From positions 1 to 39,742 of IMG/VR virus record IMGVR_UViG_3300012943_000001: a stretch of 39,742 nt of DNA; one strand, written 5' to 3'. A program made the translations under genes and the position numbers. Origin of the DNA: a virus (lineage: Duplodnaviria > Heunggongvirae > Uroviricota > Caudoviricetes). The notes under the pieces are model-generated. The model was not told the origin of the DNA. It saw only the letters and a list, made by a program, of their open reading frames with translations, and made no database searches. Shown piece by piece: positions 18,254 to 27,884 of the stretch. Numbering within the stretch: the first letter of the stretch is position 1; each line of letters opens with the position of its first letter.

Positions 18254-19131
18254 TGCTTGATTTTACCCGATACTTTGACAAGAAATCTACGTCATCTTAC
18301 GCAGTTGGGCCTAGCGGTCTAGGCGTGATACAGACGGGTTTTGGAGTATTGTGGAGAGGTTGGCATAAAGAAGATTTAGGAATTTATGTGGAAAAGTTTG
18401 ATTTGTACAATCCGCAAAGCGTGGGATTATACATTTCTGGCTCTAGTGAAATTTTGACAACAGAGTCTTTGTCTTTTGCATGGGATGCGAACTCTCGCGT
18501 GTGGGCGGGTACGCACGTAGGTGGGACTAGCACAGTCTACGCCTTTTCAGGAGAGAGTTATACGGGTTATACATTCCCGGGCATCTTTCCTCAAGTGTTC
18601 TTCAACTCTTGTTATGTAAGCGGCACAGATAGAAGAATAGAGTGTTACTATTTGAAGCCGGGTCAAGATAAGATTTATCTCCGCACCGAAGATGACATGA
18701 CTAACGAAATAGTTTTTCATAGCGACTTGGCACACACTCCCGTTCGGCTTAATCAGGTAATTGCAACAGACTTCGACACGAGGCGAGTTTCTATTTTTGG
18801 TAGGTATGATAATGGACACCATTTCCGAATGATTTCGGACATCTATAACGGGCAAACCGACCACTGTTCTAACTTCGAAAATATACCTTCAGGAGAAGTG
18901 AAAGGCTTCGTAAACAATAATCTCAAGAGCATTTACCTTTTGTATAGGGATGTCATGTGGAGTCAAGACTTCAAGACCTTCGAATCAGGTAATTATGGCG
19001 GCTTGACCGTAAATAAACTTCCTAATATGGTCTATGATGATTTTCATCTTTATACGTCTGGTCAAATCTCTGAATTGAATTTGGGTTATGGATTTTACCA
19101 AGGATTATTTGTTGATAAAAGTGATGCGTAA
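18253..19131 (+). CDS. putative virion protein, module A'
   Basis: MLDFTRYFDK..YAVGPSGLGV vs MDDFGKYIDK..YSLGPSGVGV. Confidence 0.65.
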   Translation: MLDFTRYFDKKSTSSYAVGPSGLGVIQTGFGVLWRGWHKEDLGIYVEKFDLYNPQSVGLYISGSSEILTTESLSFAWDANSRVWAGTHVGGTSTVYAFSGESYTGYTFPGIFPQVFFNSCYVSGTDRRIECYYLKPGQDKIYLRTEDDMTNEIVFHSDLAHTPVRLNQVIATDFDTRRVSIFGRYDNGHHFRMISDIYNGQTDHCSNFENIPSGEVKGFVNNNLKSIYLLYRDVMWSQDFKTFESGNYGGLTVNKLPNMVYDDFHLYTSGQISELNLGYGFYQGLFVDKSDA

Positions 19132-19145
19132 CCCTAAGATGATGT

Positions 19146-19901
19146 ATGGCAGTAATCTATCCTAAACTCACGGCCTATGGCACAAAGAATACCTTGGTAT
19201 TGAACCCACGAGAGGCTTTGGTGTACCCGTTTGATATTGGCGACGACTGGACAAGAATTCGCTATGGATTTGTTTTGTCTGCGACGCAAACTGGTGCAGT
19301 CGATTATAATGGAGATATGGGAGGTGATGCTGGACCGTATTCCGTTGCGGTTGAAGACGCTTATTCGAAATACTACTTAGGCTTAAAGCGTCAAGGTACA
19401 GGATTCGCAACCACAGACGGGGATTTTTTTGTTGGTTGGAGCAGTTCTCCTGACTCGCCAAATACTTGGATGTTAAATGGGACGCATTGGAATAGAGCGT
19501 CTTTTGGGGTCTCGTATAAAAACGGAGTATTCTCTGGCCTGTCTACCTACAGCTCCTCGTTTACAGTGGGAAACAACATTAATCCTACTGGTCAGTCGTC
19601 CTTTGCACAATTTTTTAGTTTTGAAATTACAATAAATGATAGAGGTCTTCCTACGCAGTCTCTAACTTTTAGAGGAGGAAACGCAAATGGAGATATGGGT
19701 ACGCTGACAGATACTTCCAAAGAGAATCTGTTCAATAAAATGCTTACTGTTTCGTACGTAGGCAACGCAACTCAAACAGGCACCGTAGATTTTCATACCT
19801 CAAACATTCCATACGAACTTCCTAACGCATTCTTCTTTTACACTCCTCAACCAAACGCTCAACTAAAAATCCACAACCTAGTTGTGGTAAAAATGAACTA
19901 A
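19146..19901 (+). CDS. putative virion/receptor-binding protein, module B'
   Basis: TLVLNPREALVYP vs TLVLGQREGLVYP; C-terminal KIHNL vs RIHNI. Confidence 0.65.
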   Translation: MAVIYPKLTAYGTKNTLVLNPREALVYPFDIGDDWTRIRYGFVLSATQTGAVDYNGDMGGDAGPYSVAVEDAYSKYYLGLKRQGTGFATTDGDFFVGWSSSPDSPNTWMLNGTHWNRASFGVSYKNGVFSGLSTYSSSFTVGNNINPTGQSSFAQFFSFEITINDRGLPTQSLTFRGGNANGDMGTLTDTSKENLFNKMLTVSYVGNATQTGTVDFHTSNIPYELPNAFFFYTPQPNAQLKIHNLVVVKMN

Positions 19902-19920
19902 TTCCCTAAGTTCTTCAATC

Positions 19921-19927
19921 AGTGTAA
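19921..19927 (+). promoter_or_regulatory. putative late promoter AGTGTAA
   Basis: Recurrent motif, upstream of the head operon. Confidence 0.65.
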
Positions 19928-19948
19928 CAATCTCAATAGAGGTATCCT

Positions 19949-20389
19949 ATGAAACTACAATACAAATCCAAGTTTGAAAAGTTTGCAAAAGATTTTGCGA
20001 CTCACATCAAAGCTGAAAGACAGCTTGACTCCACTATTACGGAACAAGATGGCGTATACACAGTTGAGTATTCCATCGCGGACTACTGCGGAGAGAAATC
20101 AGAGAGTGGCGACAAACCGTGTAATCCGACCTTTGACGACCTTTCTAGATGGGCACGTTATATTTTCGACGAAATTCAATACCAATCTAATTGGTTTGCC
20201 GCAAGAATTTCTTACGTTGAAAATGAATTCTACAGACATATCTCAAGTGGTCACTTACCTCCAATCGAAGGTCCAGAGAAAATGCAGAAGGCTATCGACG
20301 CTCTTGGTATTGGCGGGGATTACAAGGTAGAAAAGAGAACAGTTTACGCATCCACAATCGAAGTTGATTTTCCTGACACTAAGAAATAA
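19949..20389 (+). CDS. hypothetical head-operon protein
   Basis: 146 aa, GAGG upstream, TAATG-coupled to the protease gene. Confidence 0.7.
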   Translation: MKLQYKSKFEKFAKDFATHIKAERQLDSTITEQDGVYTVEYSIADYCGEKSESGDKPCNPTFDDLSRWARYIFDEIQYQSNWFAARISYVENEFYRHISSGHLPPIEGPEKMQKAIDALGIGGDYKVEKRTVYASTIEVDFPDTKK

Positions 20390-22080
20390 TGTCTAAAGTC
20401 TTCCCATATAAAGCACGCTTCGGAGGAGGCGTGGTTAAAGCTTCTGTCGATGAAAGCATAGATAAATATCTAAGTAAGGCTTCGCTTGAAGATTTGAAGA
20501 AGCTCGACATTAACTCTATCGTCAACTTGGAAGACAATGTTGACCTTATTGGAACCGTATTCAATGCTGCGGTAATCAACCGCCTAAACAAGAACGATGA
20601 CGGTATTTCTACGGAAACCGCATTGGCAATCAAAGATTTGTTCGCTCATAAGCCTCATAATCTTGAGCACAAGAGCCAACGCATCGTAGGTCATATTGTA
20701 AAAGCTGGTTGGAGCACTTATGGCGGAAATCAAATGATTTCTGACGAAGAGGCGGCAAAGCTTACGGAGCCGTTTAACTTGGTTCTTGGTGGCGTAGTTT
20801 ATAGAACCATCGACGAAAAGTTTGCAGACCTTTTAATTGAAGCGTCCGACGAGTCTAGCGACAAATACATGATTATCGCTACGAGTTGGGAGATTGCTTT
20901 TACGAAGTATAATTTGGTCCTTGGCAGTAAGAATGTCAATGAGGCAGAAATCGTTTCCGACCCTGATAAAATCGAAGAACTCAAGCAACACTTGAGATGC
21001 AATGGTGGAACAGGCAAGCTACCTGACGGTAGATACATTGGAAGATTAATCGTGGGTGGAGTTGGAGATGTTTTGCCTATAGGCGTCGCATTTACAACAA
21101 GACCCGCTGCGGACGTTGAAGGCGTTTTATCATTTGATTGGAGTCAGGTAGAAGAGTCTGTAGCGAAAGCAGAAGATGATGACACTGATGAAGATGAAGA
21201 GGATGAAGACGACGAAGAAACTCCAGAAAACAAAGACAAAAAGAACGATAAAAACACTGAAGAAGACGAAGAAGACGACGAAGAAAAAGACGATAAAGAA
21301 AAAGACGAAAGTCTCTCTTCTACACAAAAAAGTGAAAATAATAGTTCCCAAATAATAGAATCAGTTGTAAAGAACAATAATCAAGAAAATATTGCTATGA
21401 AATTCAAAAACATTCAAGAATTGGTTGCCGCAGTCGCTTCTAAAACAAGCGTAAGTGAGGCATCCGTCTCCGAGTTCATCCAAGAACAAATCGAGCTTAA
21501 GAGCAAAGAGTTTGAGACGAAGGCGAACGAGAAAGAGACAGCACTTAAGACAGCTTCCGAGAAAGCTGCACAGCTTGAAGCTGACCTTGCTACAGCAAAC
21601 GCAAAGATTGCCGAAGTACAAGCATCTCTTCAAAAGCTTGAGTCCGAAGCTTCCGCAAAAGCAAAGCAAGAATCTTTCCAGACAAGAATGTCTGCACTAG
21701 CTAACGAATTTGAACTTTCTGATAAAGAGTCCGCTCTTATCACAAAAGAAATCGTAGGTCTTGACGACACGGCATATGCTTCTTGGTACGAGAAGTTCTC
21801 TGTCCTTGCTGACAGCAAGAAGAAGACAGTTATCGCTGCTGCAAAAGAAGCTTTTGATACAAAAGTTAAGGAAGAGGCTATCAAGCTTTCTGAGGCATCT
21901 AAGTCCACAGCTTCCGTAACACCAGCCCCAACCGCTGAGACTGCTGCGGCAGCTCTTGAGAAGGTCACAGAGGCTCCAAAACAATCCATCGCAAACGTTA
22001 CTACTCCTGAGACAAAGACAGATTTCAGAAAAGAGTGGGCTGACGCTTTCGGTGGCACAAACCTTATCGTAACTAAATAA
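20389..22080 (+). CDS. prohead protease / scaffold fusion
   Basis: N-domain with NKNDD, KPHNLEH..IVGHI, SWE, AFTTRPA; D/E-rich linker; C-terminal coiled coil; position before the capsid genes. Confidence 0.7.
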   Translation: MSKVFPYKARFGGGVVKASVDESIDKYLSKASLEDLKKLDINSIVNLEDNVDLIGTVFNAAVINRLNKNDDGISTETALAIKDLFAHKPHNLEHKSQRIVGHIVKAGWSTYGGNQMISDEEAAKLTEPFNLVLGGVVYRTIDEKFADLLIEASDESSDKYMIIATSWEIAFTKYNLVLGSKNVNEAEIVSDPDKIEELKQHLRCNGGTGKLPDGRYIGRLIVGGVGDVLPIGVAFTTRPAADVEGVLSFDWSQVEESVAKAEDDDTDEDEEDEDDEETPENKDKKNDKNTEEDEEDDEEKDDKEKDESLSSTQKSENNSSQIIESVVKNNNQENIAMKFKNIQELVAAVASKTSVSEASVSEFIQEQIELKSKEFETKANEKETALKTASEKAAQLEADLATANAKIAEVQASLQKLESEASAKAKQESFQTRMSALANEFELSDKESALITKEIVGLDDTAYASWYEKFSVLADSKKKTVIAAAKEAFDTKVKEEAIKLSEASKSTASVTPAPTAETAAAALEKVTEAPKQSIANVTTPETKTDFRKEWADAFGGTNLIVTK

Positions 22081-22119
22081 CCAATCTAATCTTTACTATT
22101 TAATTAGGAGAACTATAAT

Positions 22120-22686
22120 ATGAAACTACTTCCATTCAGAAGCTTCAGCGAGCAAGACATTAACCAACAGTTCGCACTTTCCGGTACGGGCGAAGCGGGC
22201 ACATTCGTTGCCATTTCCGCAGGTAACATGGACGACCAGCACAACTGGGACTTCACTAACTCTCCGGGTGCTCAATTCGAGAGAATTTCCTCTTTCACAT
22301 ATGATGTTAAGACAAAGGTCCGTCCTGTCGCATCTGGTGACACAAAGTTCAACGTTCTTGGCGTTACATTGTTCAACGTCGCAATCTGGGACGAGAACGG
22401 TGAGAAATACCAATACTACAAGCAGAAGGCAACGGAGAACAACGTTATCCTTTCTGGTAAAGCAATGCCAGTTCTTACAAAGGGTCTTGTTACTCTTGGT
22501 TCCGGTGCATACAACGGTACACCAGCAATCGGTAGCGTAATCATCGCTTCCAACACAGTTGCGGGTGCAGTTGACGTTCTTGCAGTAGGTTCCGTATCCA
22601 ACAAGGACCAAATCCTTGGTAAGGTCATCGGTACAGGTGCAAAGCATGGCGGTTACGCTATGGTGTACCTTAATGCAGGCGTCTAA
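22120..22686 (+). CDS. head decoration / capsid-associated protein
   Basis: AGGAG RBS, highly biased codons, Gly/Val-rich beta protein directly before the MCP. Confidence 0.6.
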   Translation: MKLLPFRSFSEQDINQQFALSGTGEAGTFVAISAGNMDDQHNWDFTNSPGAQFERISSFTYDVKTKVRPVASGDTKFNVLGVTLFNVAIWDENGEKYQYYKQKATENNVILSGKAMPVLTKGLVTLGSGAYNGTPAIGSVIIASNTVAGAVDVLAVGSVSNKDQILGKVIGTGAKHGGYAMVYLNAGV

Positions 22687-22735
22687 TCTCACTTCGAACT
22701 TTATAAACCCAATCTAATCTAGGAGATATTTTACA

Positions 22736-23884
22736 ATGAGAATTAACATCAAACCAACAGACAAGAACGTCGCTCTATTGAAGCAACTTGCGTCCAAGGA
22801 CGTAGTTCTTGCTTCTCAAGCACACGTAGCACTTGCTGAGTTTATCGGACCAGTCCTTCAGGAAGTCATTAATACGGCTCCAACATTGTCTTCATTGTTC
22901 AGCACAATGACATTCAATGAGAATGACAGCCCATCCATCCCACTTGACCTATACACGAACGTTACCGAAGAGGATTATCTTCGCGTTTGGTCTCAGTCTG
23001 AGCCGGGCGGTCTTCCATTCAACATGCCAACGCCTCCAACTCGCGAGTTGAAGTTCTCCACCTACCGCCTTGACTCTGCTGTCGCCTTCCACAAGAAGTT
23101 CGCACAACAGTCCCGTCTTGACGTAGTTGGTAAGACAATGGAGCGTCTTGCACAGGAAGTCATGCTTAAGCAGGAGCGTAACTCCGCAGCTATCTTGCTT
23201 CGTGCTCTTGCACAGGCAACGACAAACATCAAGGGCGTCGCAACCTCCCACATCATCCGTTCCCAAACGGCTGACAGCTTCATCCTTCACGACTTCAACA
23301 GATTGTTCACCCTTATCAAGAGAATCTATTCTTCTTGGAACGGTGGCACACCTGACTCCACGCGTGCTCGTGGCTTGACAGACCTTATCGTCTCTCCAGA
23401 AATCGTACAAGAGCTTCGTTCTCTTGCTTACAACCCAATCAACACAAAAGCCGGTGTCGTAACTGGTGGTGCTGGTGTAACAGCAATTGCTCTTCCAGAC
23501 GCACAACGTCAGGAAATCTACAATAACGCTGGTATCCCAGAGTTCTATGGTGTCTCTATCAGAGAAATCAACGAACTTGGTATCGGTTACAAGTACAACG
23601 ACTTGTTCGACTTCTTCGCAGGTTCTACACAATATCCGGGTCACGGTGGCGGTTCCGCTGCTGTATTCGACGGCTCTGCTGAAGAGCTTGTCATCGGTCT
23701 TGACCTTGCTTCTACACAGTCCCTTATCCGCCCAGTTGCGGTTGATGCGGAAAATGGTTCCCAGTTCAGAGTCTCCCCAGACAATCAGTTCGTGGACCGT
23801 TCCGGCAAGGTTGGATTCTACGGTGCCCTTGAAGAGGGCCGTCTTATCCTTGACGACCGTGTTCTTACAGGTATCATCGTCTAA
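22736..23884 (+). CDS. major capsid protein
   Basis: 382 aa, AGGAG RBS, strongest codon bias, HK97-like layout (long spine helix, LIVSPE, GVSI, FYG..EEG), followed by a terminator. Confidence 0.85.
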   Translation: MRINIKPTDKNVALLKQLASKDVVLASQAHVALAEFIGPVLQEVINTAPTLSSLFSTMTFNENDSPSIPLDLYTNVTEEDYLRVWSQSEPGGLPFNMPTPPTRELKFSTYRLDSAVAFHKKFAQQSRLDVVGKTMERLAQEVMLKQERNSAAILLRALAQATTNIKGVATSHIIRSQTADSFILHDFNRLFTLIKRIYSSWNGGTPDSTRARGLTDLIVSPEIVQELRSLAYNPINTKAGVVTGGAGVTAIALPDAQRQEIYNNAGIPEFYGVSIREINELGIGYKYNDLFDFFAGSTQYPGHGGGSAAVFDGSAEELVIGLDLASTQSLIRPVAVDAENGSQFRVSPDNQFVDRSGKVGFYGALEEGRLILDDRVLTGIIV

Positions 23885-23908
23885 CGATTACCCCAAAGTC
23901 ACTCTAAC

Positions 23909-23935
23909 AAAGGCCCATTTATTTGGGCCTTTTTT
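23909..23935 (+). terminator. Rho-independent terminator
   Basis: AAAGGCCCA-TTTATT-TGGGCCTTT plus T-run after the MCP. Confidence 0.85.
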
Positions 23936-23955
23936 ATTCCCTAAATAGTCGAACG

Positions 23956-23962
23956 TGTGTAA
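23956..23962 (+). promoter_or_regulatory. putative late promoter TGTGTAA
   Basis: GTGTAA core about 20 nt after the terminator. Confidence 0.6.
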
Positions 23963-23995
23963 AGCGTCCTGAAGATTAAACCCAAGGAAAACATT

Positions 23996-24391
23996 ATGGC
24001 AAAAGGTAAAACAGCAAAAAAGATTGTACTAAAATCCGCTCAAATCATTGATGGACAAAATCACAGGCCGGGTCTAGATACAAATATCAGAAGTATTGAC
24101 GAGATTATGGGTGTAAACACCTCTTCTCCGTTTAAGGCAAAGTCTCTTGCAGAATTTGAGAAGCTAATTGATGAAGACATGAACCTCGCAGATATGCAGG
24201 CGATGGCTACCAGAATTGGTTTGCTTCCGGTTCATGATAGGGTCGTATTAAAGAAAAGGCTTCTCGACGAATTCAAGAAAGACCGCCAAAAGAAAATATC
24301 TTACGACATCTCAAATGCGGTAGGTCAGACAGAAAATCTTAAAGAGAGCACTTCTGACAAAGCGAGAAAAATTCTTAACGAAGGTCGCTAA
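23996..24391 (+). CDS. hypothetical protein (head-neck region)
   Basis: 131 aa, AAGGA upstream. Confidence 0.7.
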   Translation: MAKGKTAKKIVLKSAQIIDGQNHRPGLDTNIRSIDEIMGVNTSSPFKAKSLAEFEKLIDEDMNLADMQAMATRIGLLPVHDRVVLKKRLLDEFKKDRQKKISYDISNAVGQTENLKESTSDKARKILNEGR

Positions 24392-24915
24392 TGAATACAG
24401 TCGGCCAGCTTGCATCTGGAATATGGGAAGATTTGGATTCTCCCGTCACTCCATCTATTACGTATATTTCGGGTTGGATTAGTAGTTCACGCGGACTTGG
24501 TAAAATAAATCTATTGCTTGATACGTGTTTCAGCGTCGATATTTCGGGCTTGCACGCGGGCGAAACCTATAACGCGGGTTATGGTTATTCAGGCGTTTAT
24601 GGAGTAGGTGACTTTTATCCAGCTCTCGGCAATGCGGAAATCAACATCTATAGTGAAATTTACAAGGCTGATTACTACGACAAAGCCATCCGTGATTCAT
24701 TGAACGGGATTCTTACGAATGCAAGTGGGGCGGGCGTTGATTGGAGCGAGCTTCGTGAAGGTGATTCCGTCATCAAAAGAAGCAATAGAAGCGAGATTGC
24801 AAAGACGTACAGACTTTTACTTTCAGATAGTAAAGCTGACCTTAATGCTCTCGTTGGTTACTACAAACAAAATCTTGCGAAACCTAGACAAGTCGCAGGT
24901 GACGACACACCATAA
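24391..24915 (+). CDS. putative head-tail adaptor
   Basis: Position and size; helical N-terminus, then ELREGDSVIK hairpin-like segment. Confidence 0.5.
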   Translation: MNTVGQLASGIWEDLDSPVTPSITYISGWISSSRGLGKINLLLDTCFSVDISGLHAGETYNAGYGYSGVYGVGDFYPALGNAEINIYSEIYKADYYDKAIRDSLNGILTNASGAGVDWSELREGDSVIKRSNRSEIAKTYRLLLSDSKADLNALVGYYKQNLAKPRQVAGDDTP

Positions 24916-25361
24916 TGGGAAGTCTTATTACAGGCAACCAGAAGAGTTCTTTAATCGGGGAGATGGTCAATATCCACGATACCTTCAAACGCCCGCTAAA
25001 AGCGTTTAAGGAGGGTAAGAAAGTGGTTCTAAGCACAAACCCGAACTACAATCACATCTATCAAAAGCCAAGTGATGGGATTCAGGTTGTTAAAATCGAA
25101 AGAACCATCGAGGCGAGAGTTTATTACTATTCTAAGAGCCAAGGGAAGCAGGGTATGAACATCACTTCCGAAGACGCTCTACAAGTACAAGGTTCTGAAG
25201 GGGACGTAAGAATCAAGATTACAAACGAAGACTTCGAGTTCTTTACTGATGTTGAGCGTGTAACTCTAGATGATGAAATCTTCAGAATCGCCTCTTCTCC
25301 TCGTCGTCACGGTTTATTTGGTGCTGAATTTGTCACACTCATATTAAAGCGTCTCGACTAA
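24915..25361 (+). CDS. putative head closure (stopper) protein
   Basis: 148 aa beta-rich; RVTLDDEIFRI; position. Confidence 0.5.
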   Translation: MGSLITGNQKSSLIGEMVNIHDTFKRPLKAFKEGKKVVLSTNPNYNHIYQKPSDGIQVVKIERTIEARVYYYSKSQGKQGMNITSEDALQVQGSEGDVRIKITNEDFEFFTDVERVTLDDEIFRIASSPRRHGLFGAEFVTLILKRLD

Positions 25362-25972
25362 TGGCAGTAAACCTCAATAGCCTCAGAGTTCAATTCTCCA
25401 AGCAAGTTTTTGAAACGACAAAGTTCAAGAATCTAGCTAGGGGCGTGGCCTTGAATAAGGCTAGGGCCGCTCAGGAAGAGATGGTTGAGGAGTTCGAGGG
25501 ACACAGAGTTACGCAAGAACTTGACGCGGGTCCAAACTTTGCGGGCAACAGTATAGTAAATTACTTCAGCGAAGAGGGTACTCCAAACCTTTACTCATTC
25601 ATTGGTTTCCCTGCGGGTACGGACCCATTGAAACTTCTTAGGGAGTTGTTGAAAGCTCCTATCGAAGTTCGCCTTACAACACGTAGCAAGAACTCATATT
25701 ATTTCAAGGTTCTCGTTCCTACGGTAGAAGATATTGAAGAGGCTACAGCAATGCCTGACGAATATTTCTCCGGTAATCTTAGCTGGGCAAGAGGCGTTGA
25801 AGACGGCGACATTTTGGGCATCGGTCAGTACCTTTCTGTACAGGCGTCCGCATCTCGCTCTGGTAGAGGTATTCAAGTAAAGATTAAAACAGATTCTTCC
25901 ATCGAAGCGGTCCCTTATATTACGGACATCTTAGAGGCGTTCAGAAAAAGACTACAGGAGCTTTCTAAATGA
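25361..25972 (+). CDS. putative neck / tail completion protein
   Basis: Position; WARGVEDG and PYI motifs resemble HK97-gp10-like proteins. Confidence 0.45.
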   Translation: MAVNLNSLRVQFSKQVFETTKFKNLARGVALNKARAAQEEMVEEFEGHRVTQELDAGPNFAGNSIVNYFSEEGTPNLYSFIGFPAGTDPLKLLRELLKAPIEVRLTTRSKNSYYFKVLVPTVEDIEEATAMPDEYFSGNLSWARGVEDGDILGIGQYLSVQASASRSGRGIQVKIKTDSSIEAVPYITDILEAFRKRLQELSK

Positions 25973-26829
25973 TAGAACTTTATACACACAAAGTAATGAC
26001 AAGCTTTTGTATGTGGTTTGACCATACATTACTTCAAAAGGGTCAGGCATTTTCCAATCAAACTACTCCGCTTTATTACAGAGCGGATGATAGAACGGAA
26101 GGTGTTTTCACGACCTACTCTAGCCCATTCAAGCAATGGGTGTCGGACTCTAGCGTCGATAACGCAGTGGTGGCGAGTGGCATTACAACCTCCGCAGGTT
26201 TTATTCCTAGAGGCGTGTCTGGATTGATGTTGGATTTTGAAAATGGTAGAGCATTGTTGAATCCAAACATTCCAGAGACAGAAACCATCACCGCTTCATA
26301 TTCTGTCAAAGACTTCAACATTTACATGACTGAAGATAATGAACAGAAGCTTATTTTCGAGAAGCTTTTCAATCTTAATAGCAGATACGGAAATATTGAG
26401 CCTTCTGGCGTGCCTCCTTACGAATATGTCTTGCCTGCGTGCTTCATCATGCAGAACACAAGTAACAATACTCCTTATGCATTTGGTGGTGAGCAAGATA
26501 GCCAAAGTAAGATTCGCGTCATTATCATGACGGATTTAGGTTATCACTTGGATGGATGTATCTCTATATTTAGAGATTTGACAGAATCTAACATAGCTCT
26601 TTTTAGCTCTCAAGACTCTCCTATAAATGAGTATGGAGATTTGAAGTCAGGCAGCTACAATTATCTTGATTTAGTAAACAGAAATCAAGACGAGCGTATG
26701 CTTTTCATCACGAAAGTCACTTCTTCTAAGATTGTAAACGTCTCTGAAAGAAGAAACTTTCCTAACATTAAGTTCGGAATCTTAGACTTCTATTTGTCTG
26801 AGCCTAGGGTTCCGAAACAAGACCTTTAA
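25969..26829 (+). CDS. putative tail terminator protein
   Basis: Position before the tube genes; LPACFI..PYAFGG motif. Confidence 0.45.
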   Translation: MIELYTHKVMTSFCMWFDHTLLQKGQAFSNQTTPLYYRADDRTEGVFTTYSSPFKQWVSDSSVDNAVVASGITTSAGFIPRGVSGLMLDFENGRALLNPNIPETETITASYSVKDFNIYMTEDNEQKLIFEKLFNLNSRYGNIEPSGVPPYEYVLPACFIMQNTSNNTPYAFGGEQDSQSKIRVIIMTDLGYHLDGCISIFRDLTESNIALFSSQDSPINEYGDLKSGSYNYLDLVNRNQDERMLFITKVTSSKIVNVSERRNFPNIKFGILDFYLSEPRVPKQDL

Positions 26830-26835
26830 GTGTAA
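26829..26835 (+). promoter_or_regulatory. putative late promoter AGTGTAA
   Basis: Recurrent motif. Confidence 0.65.
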
Positions 26836-26849
26836 ATCTTTAACACGCC

Positions 26850-27818
26850 ATGTCTTTATTCTATCAATCTGAAATCGTTAAAATCTACGTCTCCGGCCAG
26901 CCGCTTGGAGAAGTATTTCCTAACGTACAAAGCGTCAGCACGGCTTTTACAGTGCAGCGTGTAGATAATATGCGTCTTGGTCGCTTTGCACCAATGCCAT
27001 ACAGACAGTCTAATCAAGACCCTGTAGTGACAATGAATCTCGACTTTATTCCTACAGGCAATAACATTTTCCGCTCTCTTGGTTTGCTTGGCACTGGTTC
27101 TGCGATTGATAATCTTGCAACGGGTGTAAATAGAATTTACGACTTCAAGATTCAAGTCAGGGAAATGGTTGGTGGTGGTTCTGCTGTAGGTACGTTCAAT
27201 CTAAGGTCTGGTGTTCTTACGAATTATTCTTTCCAAGCTGCCGTAGGACAAACTCCTCGTAGCAGCATTGCTATTGAATTTTTGGACTTGGGTATGGATG
27301 CGGTCACCTCCGTCACTCCTCCACAAATCGACGACGGATATCCAACGCTACGACCTCAAGACATGCAACTTACTTTGCCTTCTGGTCTATTCGGCGTCAG
27401 GACCGTTTATCCACAAAGCTTCACAATGACGCTACCTCTTCCAAGAGCAAACGTTCTTAAGCTTGGTCAAAGAAAAGCGGTCTCACGTGAACTACAGTCT
27501 CCAATCGTTGCAAGCTTCCAATTGCAAGCCATCATTGAAACTTTTGATAGCACAAGCGATGTTAACGGTAGCTCTGCTCAAATGTTTGGGCTAACATGTG
27601 GACGCTTCTTGGAATCTGATTTAGTCGTTGATATCAAGACACCTACGTGTACTGGTGGAGCGTCTTCTACAATGCTTAAATACACTCTAAGAAAACCTTA
27701 TCTCGATAGCGTGAACTTTTCCAATGCTGTCGGAGGGTATACATCTGTAGAAATGCAGTTCACTGTCCCTGTAACTATGGAAAACAATTTGAATGAGAGC
27801 AACTTGGTTATTTCCTAA
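26850..27818 (+). CDS. tail tube protein paralog
   Basis: YQSE, VQS, LTNYS..AAVG, LRP, LG.K..SRE.Q.P, LDS..FS..G shared with 27885. Confidence 0.7.
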   Translation: MSLFYQSEIVKIYVSGQPLGEVFPNVQSVSTAFTVQRVDNMRLGRFAPMPYRQSNQDPVVTMNLDFIPTGNNIFRSLGLLGTGSAIDNLATGVNRIYDFKIQVREMVGGGSAVGTFNLRSGVLTNYSFQAAVGQTPRSSIAIEFLDLGMDAVTSVTPPQIDDGYPTLRPQDMQLTLPSGLFGVRTVYPQSFTMTLPLPRANVLKLGQRKAVSRELQSPIVASFQLQAIIETFDSTSDVNGSSAQMFGLTCGRFLESDLVVDIKTPTCTGGASSTMLKYTLRKPYLDSVNFSNAVGGYTSVEMQFTVPVTMENNLNESNLVIS

Positions 27819-27840
27819 TTGTTCCCATTTCTTTATTCGA

Positions 27841-27847
27841 AGTGTAA
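27841..27847 (+). promoter_or_regulatory. putative late promoter AGTGTAA
   Basis: Recurrent motif. Confidence 0.65.
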
Positions 27848-27884
27848 AACCTATAAACTTTTAACTTAAAAAGGAACACAATCT

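Noticed and set aside
21170-21310. GAA/GAC/GAT-rich low-complexity tract
   Set aside because: Encodes the acidic linker of the protease-scaffold; not an independent DNA repeat
22126-23948. Long antisense and alternate-frame ORFs over the capsid genes (22126-22692, 22949-23644, 23487-23948)
   Set aside because: Shadow ORFs caused by the strong codon bias of highly expressed genes; no RBS, promoter or motifs
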